Positions 37,469 to 49,354 of a DNA stretch of 64,000 nt are shown in pieces; within the stretch, counting starts at the first letter, position 1, and the number at the start of each line of letters is the position of its first letter. Under the pieces are notes generated by a model. The model ran no database searches. It saw only the letters and a list, made by a program, of their open reading frames with translations, and was not told where the DNA came from. The translations under genes were made by a program, and so were the position numbers. The DNA lies in NCBI GenBank assembly GCA_051313645.2, contig JBNRSN020000004.1:333684001-333748000 (forward strand). The letters are read 5' to 3'. The stretch comes from Centroscyllium fabricii. Its lineage: Eukaryota.

Positions 37469-38111
37469 TACTAATGTATACCCACATTCAAAAAGGGGCA
37501 AAACAGACCCAGGGAACTACAAACCCATTCATCTTACCTTCATTCCATGTAAAATAATGGAATTGTTTATCAGGAGTAAACGTGATCATCTGTACAACAA
37601 TAACCTAGTTAACAGCAGGCAGCACAGATTCAAAAGAAAGTGGCAACCCAAGTGGATTGTGATAAGCCCGGTGATGTAGCATATCTTCACTTGCAGAGGG
37701 TTTTTGATAAAGTTCCACATGAAAGGCTACTAGTTAAACTCAAAGCTGCAGAGATTCAGGGTCAAGGAATGAATAAGAAATTAATTGAAGGGTAGAAAAT
37801 GAATATTTGTTAGAGGAATTACGTAAATATGTGGGGTGGGGGGGAGGAGTACGGAATGGGGGGGGACCCTCAGGGCCCAATGCTGTAACTAATTTACATA
37901 AATAACCTACAACAACAACTTGCATTTCCATAGCGCCTTTAATGTAGTAAATTAGGAGAAATTTCTTCACTCAGAGGCTGGTGAATCTTTGGAATTCTCT
38001 ACCCCAGAGGGCTGTGGAGGCTCAGTTGTTGAGTATATTTAAGACAGAAATCAATAGATTTTTGAATATTAAATGAATCAAGGGATGTGGGGATATTTCA
38101 GGAAAGTGGAG

Positions 38112-38520
38112 ATAGAAACATAGAAACATAGAAGATAGGAGCAGGAGTAGGCCATTCGGCCCTTCGAGCCTGCTCCGCCATTCAATGAGATGATGGCTGA
38201 TCATCCAAACCCAGTACCCTGTCCCTGCCCCATCCCCATATCCCTCGATCCCTATCGAGCCTGCACCAACACATATCCCTATCCCCGTAACCCCACATAT
38301 TCAATCCCCCTAACACTAAGGGTCAATTTTTTCCCGGCCAATCAACCTAAACCGCACATCTTTGGACTGTGGGAGAAAACCGGAGCACCCGGAGGAAACC
38401 CACGCAGACACGGGGAGAATGTGCAAACTCCACACAGATAGTCACCCGAGGCCGGATTTGAACCCGGGTCTTCAGTGCTGTGAGGCAACAGTGCTAACCA
38501 CTATGCCACCGTGCCGCCCG
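38112..38520 (-). mobile_element. V-SINE with HER1 tail, inserted in a CR1 3' UTR
   Basis: Head, V-domain and tail as in the other copies; the host CR1 UTR continues on both sides. Confidence 0.82.
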
Positions 38521-39423
38521 AGATGAGGTAGAAGATCAGCCATGATCTCATTGGGTGGCAGCGCAGGCTCGAAGGGCCAAATGGCCTACTCCTGCTCCTA
38601 TTTCTTACGTTCTTAAAACATCCCAAGGTGCTTCACAGGAGTGTAATCAGACACAAGTTGACACTGAACCAAAGGAGGAGATATTAGAACAGGCGACCAA
38701 AAGCTGGTGCAAAGAGGTGGGTTTTGAGAAGCGCCTTAAAGGAACCTAGTTTGAGAAACTGAACGGAGAGTGTTAGAATTTGCATGCAATACTAAACTAC
38801 GAGGGGCAGTGAAATCAGAAAAGGCAGTTCAGAAATTACACGATGAGTCGGACAAGATAGGTTTGTGGGCAGACCAAGGGCACATGAAATTTAATGCAGA
38901 CAAATGTAAAGTATTAAATCGAGTCTGCAGCACAGAAACAGGCCGTTTGGCCCCAACTGGTCTATGCTGGCATTTGTGCTCCCCAGGAGCCTCCTTCCAC
39001 CCCTCTTCCTCTAACCCTGTCAGCAATATCCTTGTATTCTTTTCTTCCTCATGTGCTTCTCTAGCTTCTCCTTAAAGCCATCCATGCTATTTGCCTTAAC
39101 TACTCCTTGTGCTAGAATGTTCCACATTCTTGACTCTTTGGGTAAAGAAGTTTCTCCTGAATTCCCTCATGGATTTATTAGTGACCATCGTATATTTATG
39201 GCCCCTAGTTTTTGAATCCCTTCAAGCGGAAACATTTTCTCCAGACCCCTTCATTATTTTGAAGATTTCTATCAAGTCACCCCTCGCCCTTCTCGTTTCA
39301 AGGGAAATGAGCCCCAGCCTGGTCAGTCGTTCCTGATAGTTACAACCTCTCAGTTCTGATATTATCCTTGTAAATCATTTTTGCACCTACTCCAATGCCT
39401 CTATAGCCTTCTTATAACTGAAG

Positions 39424-39958
39424 GGAGTGTGATGGAATACTCTCCACTTGCCTGGATGAGTGCAGCTCCAACAACACTCAAGAAGCTCGACACCATTCAG
39501 GATAAAGCAGGCCGCTTGATTGGCACTCCATCCACCACCTTCAACATTCACTCCCTCCACCACTGGCGCATTGTGGCTGCAGTGTGTACCATCTACAAGA
39601 TGCACTGCAGCAACCCGCCAAAGCTCCTTCAACAGCACCTTCCAAACCCGCGACCTCTACCACTCAGAAGGACAAGGGCAGCAGACGCATAGGAACAGCA
39701 CCACCTACAAGTTCCCCTCCAAGCCACACACCATCCTGACTTGGACCTGTATCGCCGCTCCTTCACTGTCGCTGAGCCAAAATCCTGGAACTCCCTTCCT
39801 AACAACATTGTGGGTGTACCTACACCATTTGGACTGCAGCGGTTCAAGAAGGCGGCTCACCACCATCTTCTCAAGGGCAATTAGGGATGGGCACTAAAAG
39901 CAGGCCTAGCCAGCCAGCGACGCCCACATCCCACCAATGAATAAAAAAAAAAATAATA
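39424..39958 (+). mobile_element. Non-LTR retrotransposon 3' fragment (same family as 34550-35195)
   Basis: Near-identical sequence with an A-rich tail. Confidence 0.75.
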
Positions 39959-40183
39959 ATGTGGAGACCAGAATTGTGCACAGTAATCCAAGAGTGGTCT
40001 AAACAAGGTTCAATACAAGTTCAACATAACTTGCCTGCTTTTCAATTCTACCCCTCTAGAAATGAACCCCAGTGCTTGGTTTGCTTTTTATTAATGGCCT
40101 TATTAACCTGTGTCACTACTTTTAGTGATTTGTTTATCTGTACCCATAGATCCCTTTCCCCCTCTACCCCATTTAGATTCTTA

Positions 40184-40977
40184 GGGCTCGAATTTCCAAG
40201 CCCCGTGGAGGCGGGAGTGGTGGGAAAATTGCAGAATCGGGGGGCAGGAGCCCATCCCACCCCCAACCCGCCTCCGTGCCAATGTCCCAGGAGGCGGGTA
40301 TCCAATCTGTGCTGGGAGCCGCCTCCCCGAGGCAGGAAGGGGATTAGTGCCAATTAACTGCCGCCTGTTAACAGTTTTTTTGCCTAATCCCTATTTTTAG
40401 CCCTGAAGTGTGGGCTTCCCGACAGCTCCGAACCACGCCAAGTTAGCGAGGCGGACCTTCGGTCTGCAGGGGTTGGAGGGGTCGAGATGTGCATTGTGCA
40501 GGTGAGTGATGGGTGCATGTGTGCAGAGGTTAAGTGTGTGAGGTAAGTGTAAAGTGTTTCAATAAGTTTTACTTACCTTTACTTTCTCCTGCAAGCTTCC
40601 TTCCTTCAGTTCATGGGAGTCCCTCAGTTCACCGGCACAGGAAGCGGAATGGCCGCTGAACTGTCAAAAGCTGCAGCATTCTGCTTCCTGGTCTGGAGAG
40701 CTCTGTAACTGAGTCTGAGTAGAAGGACTCAAGTTAGATGACAGATTGTCAGTGTTTGACAACTTCACAGAGCGGTCAAAACACTGATTTTTCATCTGTC
40801 AACAGCTCTTGACAGATAAAATGTCAATCGCTGATGTCACCAGTAACCAGGTGTCGCTTAATTGGCCTACTGAGCCCGCTGGGCGGGCTTAACAAGGTCA
40901 ATCAAGGGAAAATAGCATGGAGGCAGGACTACATCCCAAAACGTGGGTGTCCCGCCTCCATCGATAAATTCGAGCCC
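40184..40977. mobile_element. PIF/Harbinger-type MITE
   Basis: Perfect TIR GGGCTCGAATTT/AAATTCGAGCCC, TSD TTA. Confidence 0.88.
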
Positions 40978-41410
40978 TTATTATCCAAGCAGTATGAGAC
41001 CTCTGTATTCCATCTACCAAAATGCACCACCTCACACTTATCTATATTGAAATTAATTTGCCAATTAAACACCAATTCTGCAAGTTTATTTATGTCTTCT
41101 TGTAGTTTGTCACAATCTTCCTTTGTATTAACTACACCCCCAATTTGGTGTTGTCCACAAAATTAGAAATTGTACTTCCGATTCCAAATTGTTAATGTAA
41201 ATTGTGAACAACAGTGGTCCCAGCACCAATCTCTGTGGAACACGTCCCACCTTTTGCCAGTCTGAGGAGCTGCCCTTAACCCTTACTCTCAGTTTTCTGT
41301 TTTATAGCCAGCTTGCTATCTGTTCTGCTCCCTTGACTCCACATGCTCTGACCTTAATCATGAGCCTACCATGCACCTTATCAAAGGCCTTTTGAAAATC
41401 CAAATATATT

Positions 41411-43513
41411 GGCCCAGAAATTGCAGTGGAGCCTTCGTGCGGGTGCAGTACCTGCTAGTTGCACTGGCACTGCCCATAATCCGGTTTGCTTTTTTGCACT
41501 CAGAAATTGCAGTTAGCCCAGCTTGTCAGAGCTCTGTGCGAGCTTCATGGGCAACTGAACGGCATAATTAGTGCGAGATGGCTTTTGAGACCACGTGATT
41601 GGCAGGGAGCCAATCAGTGGAACCAATCCTCGTTCAAAACTTCCACTCAGGAATCTGTGCAAGTTTTCAATGGAGAGATTACCCAAAAGACATCTAAACT
41701 CAAAAATAAAATTTTAAAAACACCACATTTTTTAACATTACCCCAACTAACACAAATAACCTATTTTAAAGAAAAAATAAAAATTTACAGAAAAACTTTT
41801 CAACTTCCAACAGGTCTAAAAAAAATACTTACCTGTCTTTAAAGTTATCAACAATTAAAAACTTGAAAAAACAACAATTAAAATCAATAAAATACACACT
41901 TACCAGATAAAAATGGATACTTACGACTGCTTTTTCCCAGCATAGAATCTCCTGGGCTTGGTCCGTAGAAAAGGTTTTTAATTCAATTCAATTCAATTTC
42001 AATTCAATTCAAGTTTTATTGTCATTGCAGAGTACTAGTACAATACAACGAGACGAAGACTCGACTCTCCCGAGAGTAGTGCAAACAAAATAAATAAATT
42101 ACATGCAAATTGCATACAGTAAAGTTCATTATCAGGCGTGCAGGTACCGGAGTTTCTTTTTAGAGTTCAGGTGGCTGACAGCCCTGGGGAAGAAGCTGTT
42201 CTGAAATCTAGTCGTGCGGGTGCAAATTGCTCTGTAGCGTCTCCCGGAGGGCAGAGGGGCGAACAGACTGTGGCTGGGGTGTGTGGGGTCTTTTATAATG
42301 TTCATAGACCTCCGTAAGCAGCGTTTGAGGTAGATGCTTTCCACTGACGGTAGCTGTGTACCGGTAATTCGTTGGGCAGTTTTGACTACCCGCTGCAGGG
42401 TTTTCCGGTCCGAGATAGTGCAATTCCCATACCAGACAGTGATGCAGCTTGTCAGTATGCTTTCTATTGTGCAGCGGTAGAAGTTGGAGAGGATGCCGGA
42501 TGACAGCCTGGCTTTCTTCAGCTTCCTAAGGAAGTACAGGCACTGTTGGGCCTTCTTAACCAGAGAGGAGGTGTTTAGTGACCAGGAGAGATCTTCCGAG
42601 ATGTGGACCCCGAGGAACTTGAAGCTGGACACCCTTTCCACCTCAGCCCCTTGGATGAAGATGGGGGTGTGTCTTCTGCTTCCAGTCCTCCGGAAGTCCA
42701 TTATGATCTCCTTGGTTTTCTTGGTGTTCAGTGCCAGGTTGTTGTCGGCACACCAACCCACAAGGCGCTGGATCTCATCCCTGTAGGCTGACTCGTCGTT
42801 GTTGGTGATCTGGCCAACCACCGTGGTGTCATCCGCGAACTTGATGATCGTGTTGGAGCCATGGACAGCCGCACAGTCGTGAGTGAAGAGGGAGTAGAGG
42901 AGGGGGCTGAGCACAAACTTGTGGGGCCCCCGTGTTCAGGGTAAGGGGCGGGGAGGTGAGGTTGCCTAACTTCACAGACTGTGGTCTGTTGGTTAGGAAG
43001 TCCAGGGTCCAGTTGCAGAGGGAGGTGTTCAGGCCGAGGGTGAGGAGTTTGGTAGACAATTTGCTGGGGACGATGGTGTTGAATGCTGAGCTGTAGTCAA
43101 TAAACAGCATTCTGATATATGTATCTTTGCTATCCAGGTGGTTTAGTGCAGAGTGAAGAGCCGTAGTGATAGCATCCTCTGTAGATCTGTTCCCACGGTA
43201 GGCGAACTGGTATTGGTCCAGGGTGGCGGGGATGCTGGCTTTGATGTGGGCCAGGACCAGCCGCTCGAAACACTTCATGATAATGGGTGTAAGTGCAACA
43301 GGGCGGTAGTCGTTCAGGCACGTCACCCGAATTACTGGACACAACCCGTACTTCGCTGCTTCCTGCTCTGGCCCTCGCAGGAACTTCAACGCCCCCGCTG
43401 GCCGGCATAGGAAAACCTGAAGCAGCGCAACCGGCTGCTTCCTGCGGGTTTAAGCTCTGGTGCGCTCGCACCAGAGCTTAAACCTGATATGGGCAGACTG
43501 CAATTTCTGGCCC
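41411..43513. mobile_element. PIF/Harbinger-type MITE containing a Rex1 insertion
   Basis: TIR GG(C/G)CCAGAAATTGCAGT, TSD ATT. Confidence 0.82.
41980..43328 (-). mobile_element. Rex1/Babar LINE, 5'-truncated RT, frameshift near 42915
   Basis: ORFs 42829..43389 and 42132..42914 ([24 protein letters not shown]); (TTGAA)n tail; close relative of 16090-17480. Confidence 0.9.
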
Positions 43514-43745
43514 ATTATTCAAAGAAATAATTACATCACCCATTTTTTCATCCCGTGAACTCTTCCCTGGGCTTTTAGTACTGGAGAATAAATATTATCC
43601 ATTAACGGGAATATTAATCCATTTCGGGCTTCCCTTTCATCGATGTCAATGTTATGAATTCTACTAGGATTATTGCTATTTCAGAAGGACATATTGTTAT
43701 GTTTTCCCCACTGAATTCTTGAACAAAGTAATCATTTAGCACAAT

Positions 43746-44508
43746 GGCCCAGAAATTAGGGGCCCAACGCGTGAGTACGGACGGTGTACTCACGCGTGGG
43801 CCCCTCGGAATTGCCGGTTTCCGGCATGCACCGCGCAACCGGAAATTCCGACCCCTGACTGAAGGGGTCAGGAGCCGGAGCACGTTGGCCTGCGCAGCAG
43901 GAGGTGCACAGTGCACTTCCAATTTTTTCACAGGTTTGTATCAGGGTAAGTATTGGAAAAAGTTACGGCTGATATTTTCATCCGTAAAGAGTCGATTTCA
44001 TCAGGTAAGTCTTTATTTTGTTCAATTTAAACACTTTTTTCCACAGGTTTTTCATTTTTTTAAACTTTAAGGAAAGGTAAGTTGATTTGTAGGCCCGTTA
44101 ACTACTTTAAATATCTTTTTCAAAATTTTTAATTTTTGTTTAAAATAGCTAATTTATGTCATTGATAGTCATTTTTAAAAATGTGATGTTTTTTTTTAAT
44201 TTATATTAAGATTTCGTGAGGTTTTGGGGCTGTAGTATTCATAAGTTGGACAGGTCTTCCTGTCAAACTTAGGAATGGAGCATTCTTTGCTCCGATTGGC
44301 TCCCCGCGGACCACGTGATCCCGGGGGAAGCTTCCCACTAACTCCGACGTACAGATCCACCAGCGCGGCGTGCCGACATTTCACAAGGACCTCGGAGGGC
44401 CTCGCATCGGAAGTCCTGGGCGAGAAATCACCGAAATGCAGGTGCGGAAGGTGAGTGCACTTTGGCGGCTTGCACACGCGGCAAGCCTCCGACCCTAATT
44501 TCTGGCCC
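43746..44508. mobile_element. PIF/Harbinger-type MITE
   Basis: TIR GG(C/G)CCAGAAATTAGGG, flanks AAT/ATT. Confidence 0.8.
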
Positions 44509-44782
44509 ATTAACGATCTTATTTTGCAGTCACAGAGGGTCAACCACAGAGGTGGCTGCAACCTTTGATATGTTGGAAAATCTTTGACTGCTTTGATGTC
44601 CCTCAGCTGAGGTGTGATGTGAAACAACTGGAGAGACCACATTGTTATCTCTCTCTATATATGCTATGTTTAAATGTAACACTTAAAATATGTTAATAAG
44701 CCTTTATGTGTCTAGCTCTACGGAGGTGAGATGTGGGAGATATCAGATTTCTCTTTTCATCGCACATGTGCGTTCTTTAAGT

Positions 44783-44916
44783 CAGTCTCTCTTTCACCTG
44801 AGGAAGGAGCAGACGCTCCGAAAGCTTGTGATTTAAAATAAAACCATTGGACTATAATCTGGTGTTGTGTGACTTCTTGCATTTGTCCACCCCAGTCCAA
44901 CACCGGCACCTCCACA
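44783..44916 (+). mobile_element. Single-arm Penelope-like element with a hammerhead motif
   Basis: TTCACCTGAGGAAGGAGCAGACGCTCCGAAAGCTTGTGA followed by the same arm as 30127-30354. Confidence 0.75.
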
Positions 44917-45287
44917 TTATTTGAAGTGTGGTCACTGTAGTAATGTCGAGAAATGCAGCAACTAAATTTGCACACAGCAAGGTCCCACAAACAGCAATAT
45001 GATAATGACCAGAAATCTGATTTTAATGATGTTGGTTGAGGGATAAATATTGACCAGGACCAGAAAAACTCGCCTACTCTTTTTCCAACAGTGCCTTGGG
45101 ATCCTTCACGTCCACCGCAAAGGGCAGATGGGGCCTCGGCTTAAGGTCTCACCTGACAATCCAGCACTCCCTCAGCACAGCATTGAAGTGCCAGCCTAGA
45201 TTATGTGCTCAAGCCTGTGGTGTGGGACTTTATCCCACAAACTTCTGACTCAGAGACAAGAGTGCCAGCACTAAGCCAAGACTGGCA
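44917..45287 (-). mobile_element. Deu-domain SINE
   Basis: Reverse complement of the 6745-7155 core. Confidence 0.65.
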
Positions 45288-45730
45288 CTTAAAGCTCAAT
45301 TGCATGCAACCAGTTACATGTATTAGTTACCAAAGTCACAGTACAATGGCATCCTCCCAGCTGGCTGACCCCATTTTTAAAATCAGATTTATCCTAACTC
45401 TCTGACATCGCATGAAATAAATACAGAAATCTCCCCATGTGTCACATTAAAACTTGAATCTTGTGTAACACACAGCAACACACTGCTTTATTGGCCTATA
45501 TAACATATGTAGCTGTAATTCAAACAAAACTAGTCTCAGCTCCTCCATCAACCAAACTGAAATAAAAAGATCTGCATTTATATTGCGCCTTTAACGATCT
45601 CATGACATCCCAAAGCGCTTTACAGCCCAAAATACATTTGAACTGTAGTCATTGTTGTAATGTAGGACAGTTCATGTCCTACTCTCAAGTACAGTATCAG
45701 TTCTGCTACTGCAATGAGAAGAAGACAATA

Positions 45731-46124
45731 CAGGTTGAGCACCGTTAATCTGGACACCGTTTGTCCGGCAACTTCAAACGTCCGACACGAATCTGGCCGA
45801 CTGGTGTGCGCATGCGCAAAATGGCCGCCGCACGTGGCTGCGCATGCCCGGGCCTTCCCGATTGGACTGCGCATGCCCAACATGGCCGCCACGCATGGCT
45901 GCGCATGCCCGGGCCTCCCCGGTTGGTCTGCGTATGCGCAATATGGCCGCCGCGCTTGGCTGCGCATGCCCGGGCCTCTCGGCGAGCGCAGACCATTCAA
46001 AATTTTGCGGTGGCCATTTTGAAATGGTCTGCGCATGCGCACGCCGAACTTCAATCATTATGCTTTTTCAAAAATTCGGCACGGCCCTGGCCTCGACCGT
46101 GCCGGATTAACGGTGCTCAACCTG
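45731..46124. mobile_element. Tigger/pogo-like MITE (family of 36988-37468, opposite orientation)
   Basis: TIR CAGGTTGAGCACCGTTAATC, TA TSD, about three internal ~60-bp units. Confidence 0.88.
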
Positions 46125-46901
46125 TATACCTACAAGAGTTGACACTAAATCAGAGTGCTGGTGCCACTATATTATCAACAACTTGCTTTTATATAGAACC
46201 TTTAACATAATAAAATGTCCCAAAGCGCTTCAGAGCAGCGTTAACAAACAAAATGACACCGAGTCACATAAAGAGATATTAGAGCAGGAGACCAAAAGCT
46301 TGGTCAAAGAGGTAGGTTTTAAAGAGCATCTTAAAGGAGGAGAGGTTATTTTAAGAAGCGTGCAAACAGATAAAACATTAATTGTATCTGCGCTCCACTG
46401 TATGTCATCCTAGATTACATTTTCTGACTGTGTGCACAGTTGACCATTTAACCAATGTAACATTCACACCCCTTCACCATCAGCCTGCACTGTGGGTGTG
46501 TTCTCTATCCAGGTTGAACTGACAGCAGATACACTGCAGCCCATGCACACCTAGAGGAGTGCAGAACCTCAGCTTCAGACGATCTCACCAACAAACCGAA
46601 AACCCCAAACCACTGCAAGTTTATTGGCCCGGATTTTGCGTCCGGCAGCGTAATTAAGGATTACGCCGCGAATATCCGAACCGAATGCGCACTTACCTGT
46701 TGCAAGGCCCCAAATGAAAAGTTGCTGTCAAACGCTACAGAGTTGAGCGCAGCGTAGTGGTCCACGGAACCCAGGGGCGCACCGTGTGCGTAAGCGTACC
46801 TGGGATCACGTGGGCTGGTACTCAAATCAGCAAACAAAAAGTTGAGCAGAACTTGAGTATTAACATTACTAGTGCAATGCTTTCTGTTGTATTTGTTAAT
46901 C

Positions 46902-47370
46902 CAGAGGTCTCCAACCGCCGGTCCGCGGACCGGCACCGGCCCGCGGGACAGTTTTACCGGTCCGTGGACGATTATGAGAATCCGCGCATGCGCAGATACA
47001 TCGCCCTTGCCGCGGACATTTGGCTAATGTTCGGCGCATGCGCCGAATCACAGACCCTGCCGCAGCCCGTTGTTAAATTGATCGACTGGCCGTGGCGGGG
47101 TCCTGGAATCGGCGCATGCGCTGATTCTCCGAACCTTCAGCCGACGGAACGTAGAGGCACAGACGGAAGGCAGCAAACCCGCGGGTAACCCTTGAAATCT
47201 CCTTCAGCACCCCCCGCCCCCCCCCCCCGCTGAGCATTAAAATCTCCGTCAGCACCCCCCCCCCCCGCCCCGCTGAGCATGATAATCTCCGCCAGGACCC
47301 CCCCACCGGTCCGCGAAGAAATTGACAAGCCCAAAACGGGCCGCGAACGCACAAAGGTTGGGGACCCCTG
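46902..47370. mobile_element. hAT (Charlie-like) MITE
   Basis: TIR CAG(A/G)GGTC(T/C)CCAACC; 8-bp TSD TGTTAATC/TGTTAAGC. Confidence 0.82.
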
Positions 47371-47609
47371 TGTTAAGCTGTAAGAATCCTGCAGGTCATA
47401 TGAAAATGCTTCCATTTCCAGCCTCATTTTGCTTTTAAAATTACTTGGATTTGTCGAGAGGTATCATCTTACACGATGCAAACAGGCCCTGCGCCTGTTT
47501 GCACCAGCCTTAAAATTTTCTTATGTAATTGCTGGGCAGTTGGTGGGCAATTAACCCAACTCTGTGCTAGAAATTAGGATTTCTGTCGGTGCAGATCATC
47601 TATTCAGCA

Positions 47610-48640
47610 TGAAACAACAACAGAAAATGCTGGAGAAACTTAGCAGGCCAGGCAGCATCGGGGGAGAGAGAAACAGGGTTATCGTTTCAGGTCGAAGACC
47701 TTTCTTCAGAACTGGAGAAGCCAGGAGGGGGGATAGATTTTAAAGCTAGTAGGGGCTGGGGAAAGAACAAAGGAAATATCAGCAACAGGTTAGAAGGCAG
47801 GGAAGGTAAGAGATATTCGGAGAAATTGAAGGGACACAGGATGGCTCTGAATAGGTGTGAACAGCTTAGTAAAGAAAAAAGAAAAAAAAAGGAAAAAAGC
47901 CCAGACGAAAGTGTCGATTGAAAAAAGAGAAAATATATATACAGCGTATGTAAAAAAGTGTGGCAGGGGCCGAGATTATGATCTAAAATTGTTGAACTCT
48001 ACGTTTAGACCAGAGGGCTGCAGAGTGCCTAAGCAAAAGATGAGGTGCTGTTCCTCAAGTTTACGCCGGGCTTCCGTGGAACAATGCAACGGGCCACAGA
48101 CAGTGAGGTCTGAATGGGAGTGGAGTGGAGAATTAAAGCGACAGGCCACCAGGAGCTCAGGGTCCCCCTTACGGACTGAACGGAGGTGTTCCGCAAAGCG
48201 GTCACCCAATCTGCGTTTGGTGTCCCCGATGTAAAGGAGACCACATCGTAAGCAGCGAATACAGTATACTAAATTATAGGAAGTACACGTAAATCGCTGT
48301 TTCACCTGGAAGGGGTGTTTGGGGCCCTGGACAGTGGGAAGGGAGGAGGTATAAGGGCATGTGTTGCATCTCCTGCGCTTGCACGGGAAGGTGCCGGGCG
48401 AAGCATAAGGGGTGCTGGGTAGAGGAGTGGACTAGGGTGTCGCGGAGAGAGTGGTCCCTACGAAATGCAGAAAGGGGAGGTGATGGGAAGATGCATTTGG
48501 TGGTGGGATCACGCTGGAGGTGGCGGAAATGGCGGAGGATGATCCGTTGAATGTGGAGGCTGGTGGGGTGAAAGGGGAGGACAAGGGGAACTCTCTCGTG
48601 GTTCCGGGAGGGAGGGACAGGGGTGAGGGCAGAAGTTCAG
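47610..48640 (-). mobile_element. Penelope-like retroelement 3' part: GIY-YIG endonuclease and pseudo-LTR
   Basis: FTCTSYNLVYCIRCLRCGLLYIGDTKRRLGDRFAEH...EEQHLIFCLGTLQPSGLN; hammerhead-like CTGAAGA-AGGTC/GACCT-GAAA at about 47678-47712. Confidence 0.88.
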
Positions 48641-49354
48641 CATGCATTTCAAAGGCGGTATGACGGCCTACTCAGAGTACGCCGTCATACCAATGACAAA
48701 ATCTGGGCCAATGGGTTTATACTCTTCTTAAGAACATAATAAGAACATAAGAAATAGGAGCAGGAGTAGGCCAATCGGCCCCTCGAGCCTGCTCCGCCAT
48801 TTAACAAGATCATGGCTGATCTGATCTGAACCTCAATTTTATTTTCACTCTCGATCCCGCCCAAACACATGTGATCACCCGGGAGAGGCGAAAAACAAGA
48901 TTAAAAACCCAGTGGCCAATTTGGGAGAAAAAATCTGGGAAATTCCTCTCCGACCCATCTAGGCGATCGAAAACTGGTCCAGGAGATCACATGGCCGATC
49001 TGAACCTAGCCTCACATCCACTTACCTGCCCGCTCACCATAACCCCTAATTCCCTTTACTTCCAGGAAACTGTCTATCTCTGTTTTAAATTTATTCAATG
49101 TAGTTTATTCTTGCTTCAGTACAACCCAAAAAGAAAATACATGGGCAAATAAGGGCAACATCTTGTCAACCTGAGCGATTGGCCCATCCACCCAATCTGA
49201 TTTGCAGATTCCATGGAATGGCTGTTGTTGGAAAAATTTTATGATGCACACTCAGAACAATGTTTTTTTTTTTTTTTTAGAGTAATACACTGATTTATTT
49301 CATTTAAGTTGTATGAAAAATGGAGTGTCTAGTGACAATGGTGTTGGCAATAAA

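Larger units (their letters stand above)
46626..48709. mobile_element. Harbinger-type MITE hosting a hAT MITE and a Penelope fragment
   Basis: TIR GGCCC(G/A)GATTTTG at both ends; flanks ATT/AAT. Confidence 0.65.

Noticed and set aside
36661-37474. Ala/Arg/Cys-rich ORFs over the MITE (also 45620-46210)
   Set aside because: These are translations of GCGCATGCGC tandem repeats, open in several frames, with no protein signature.
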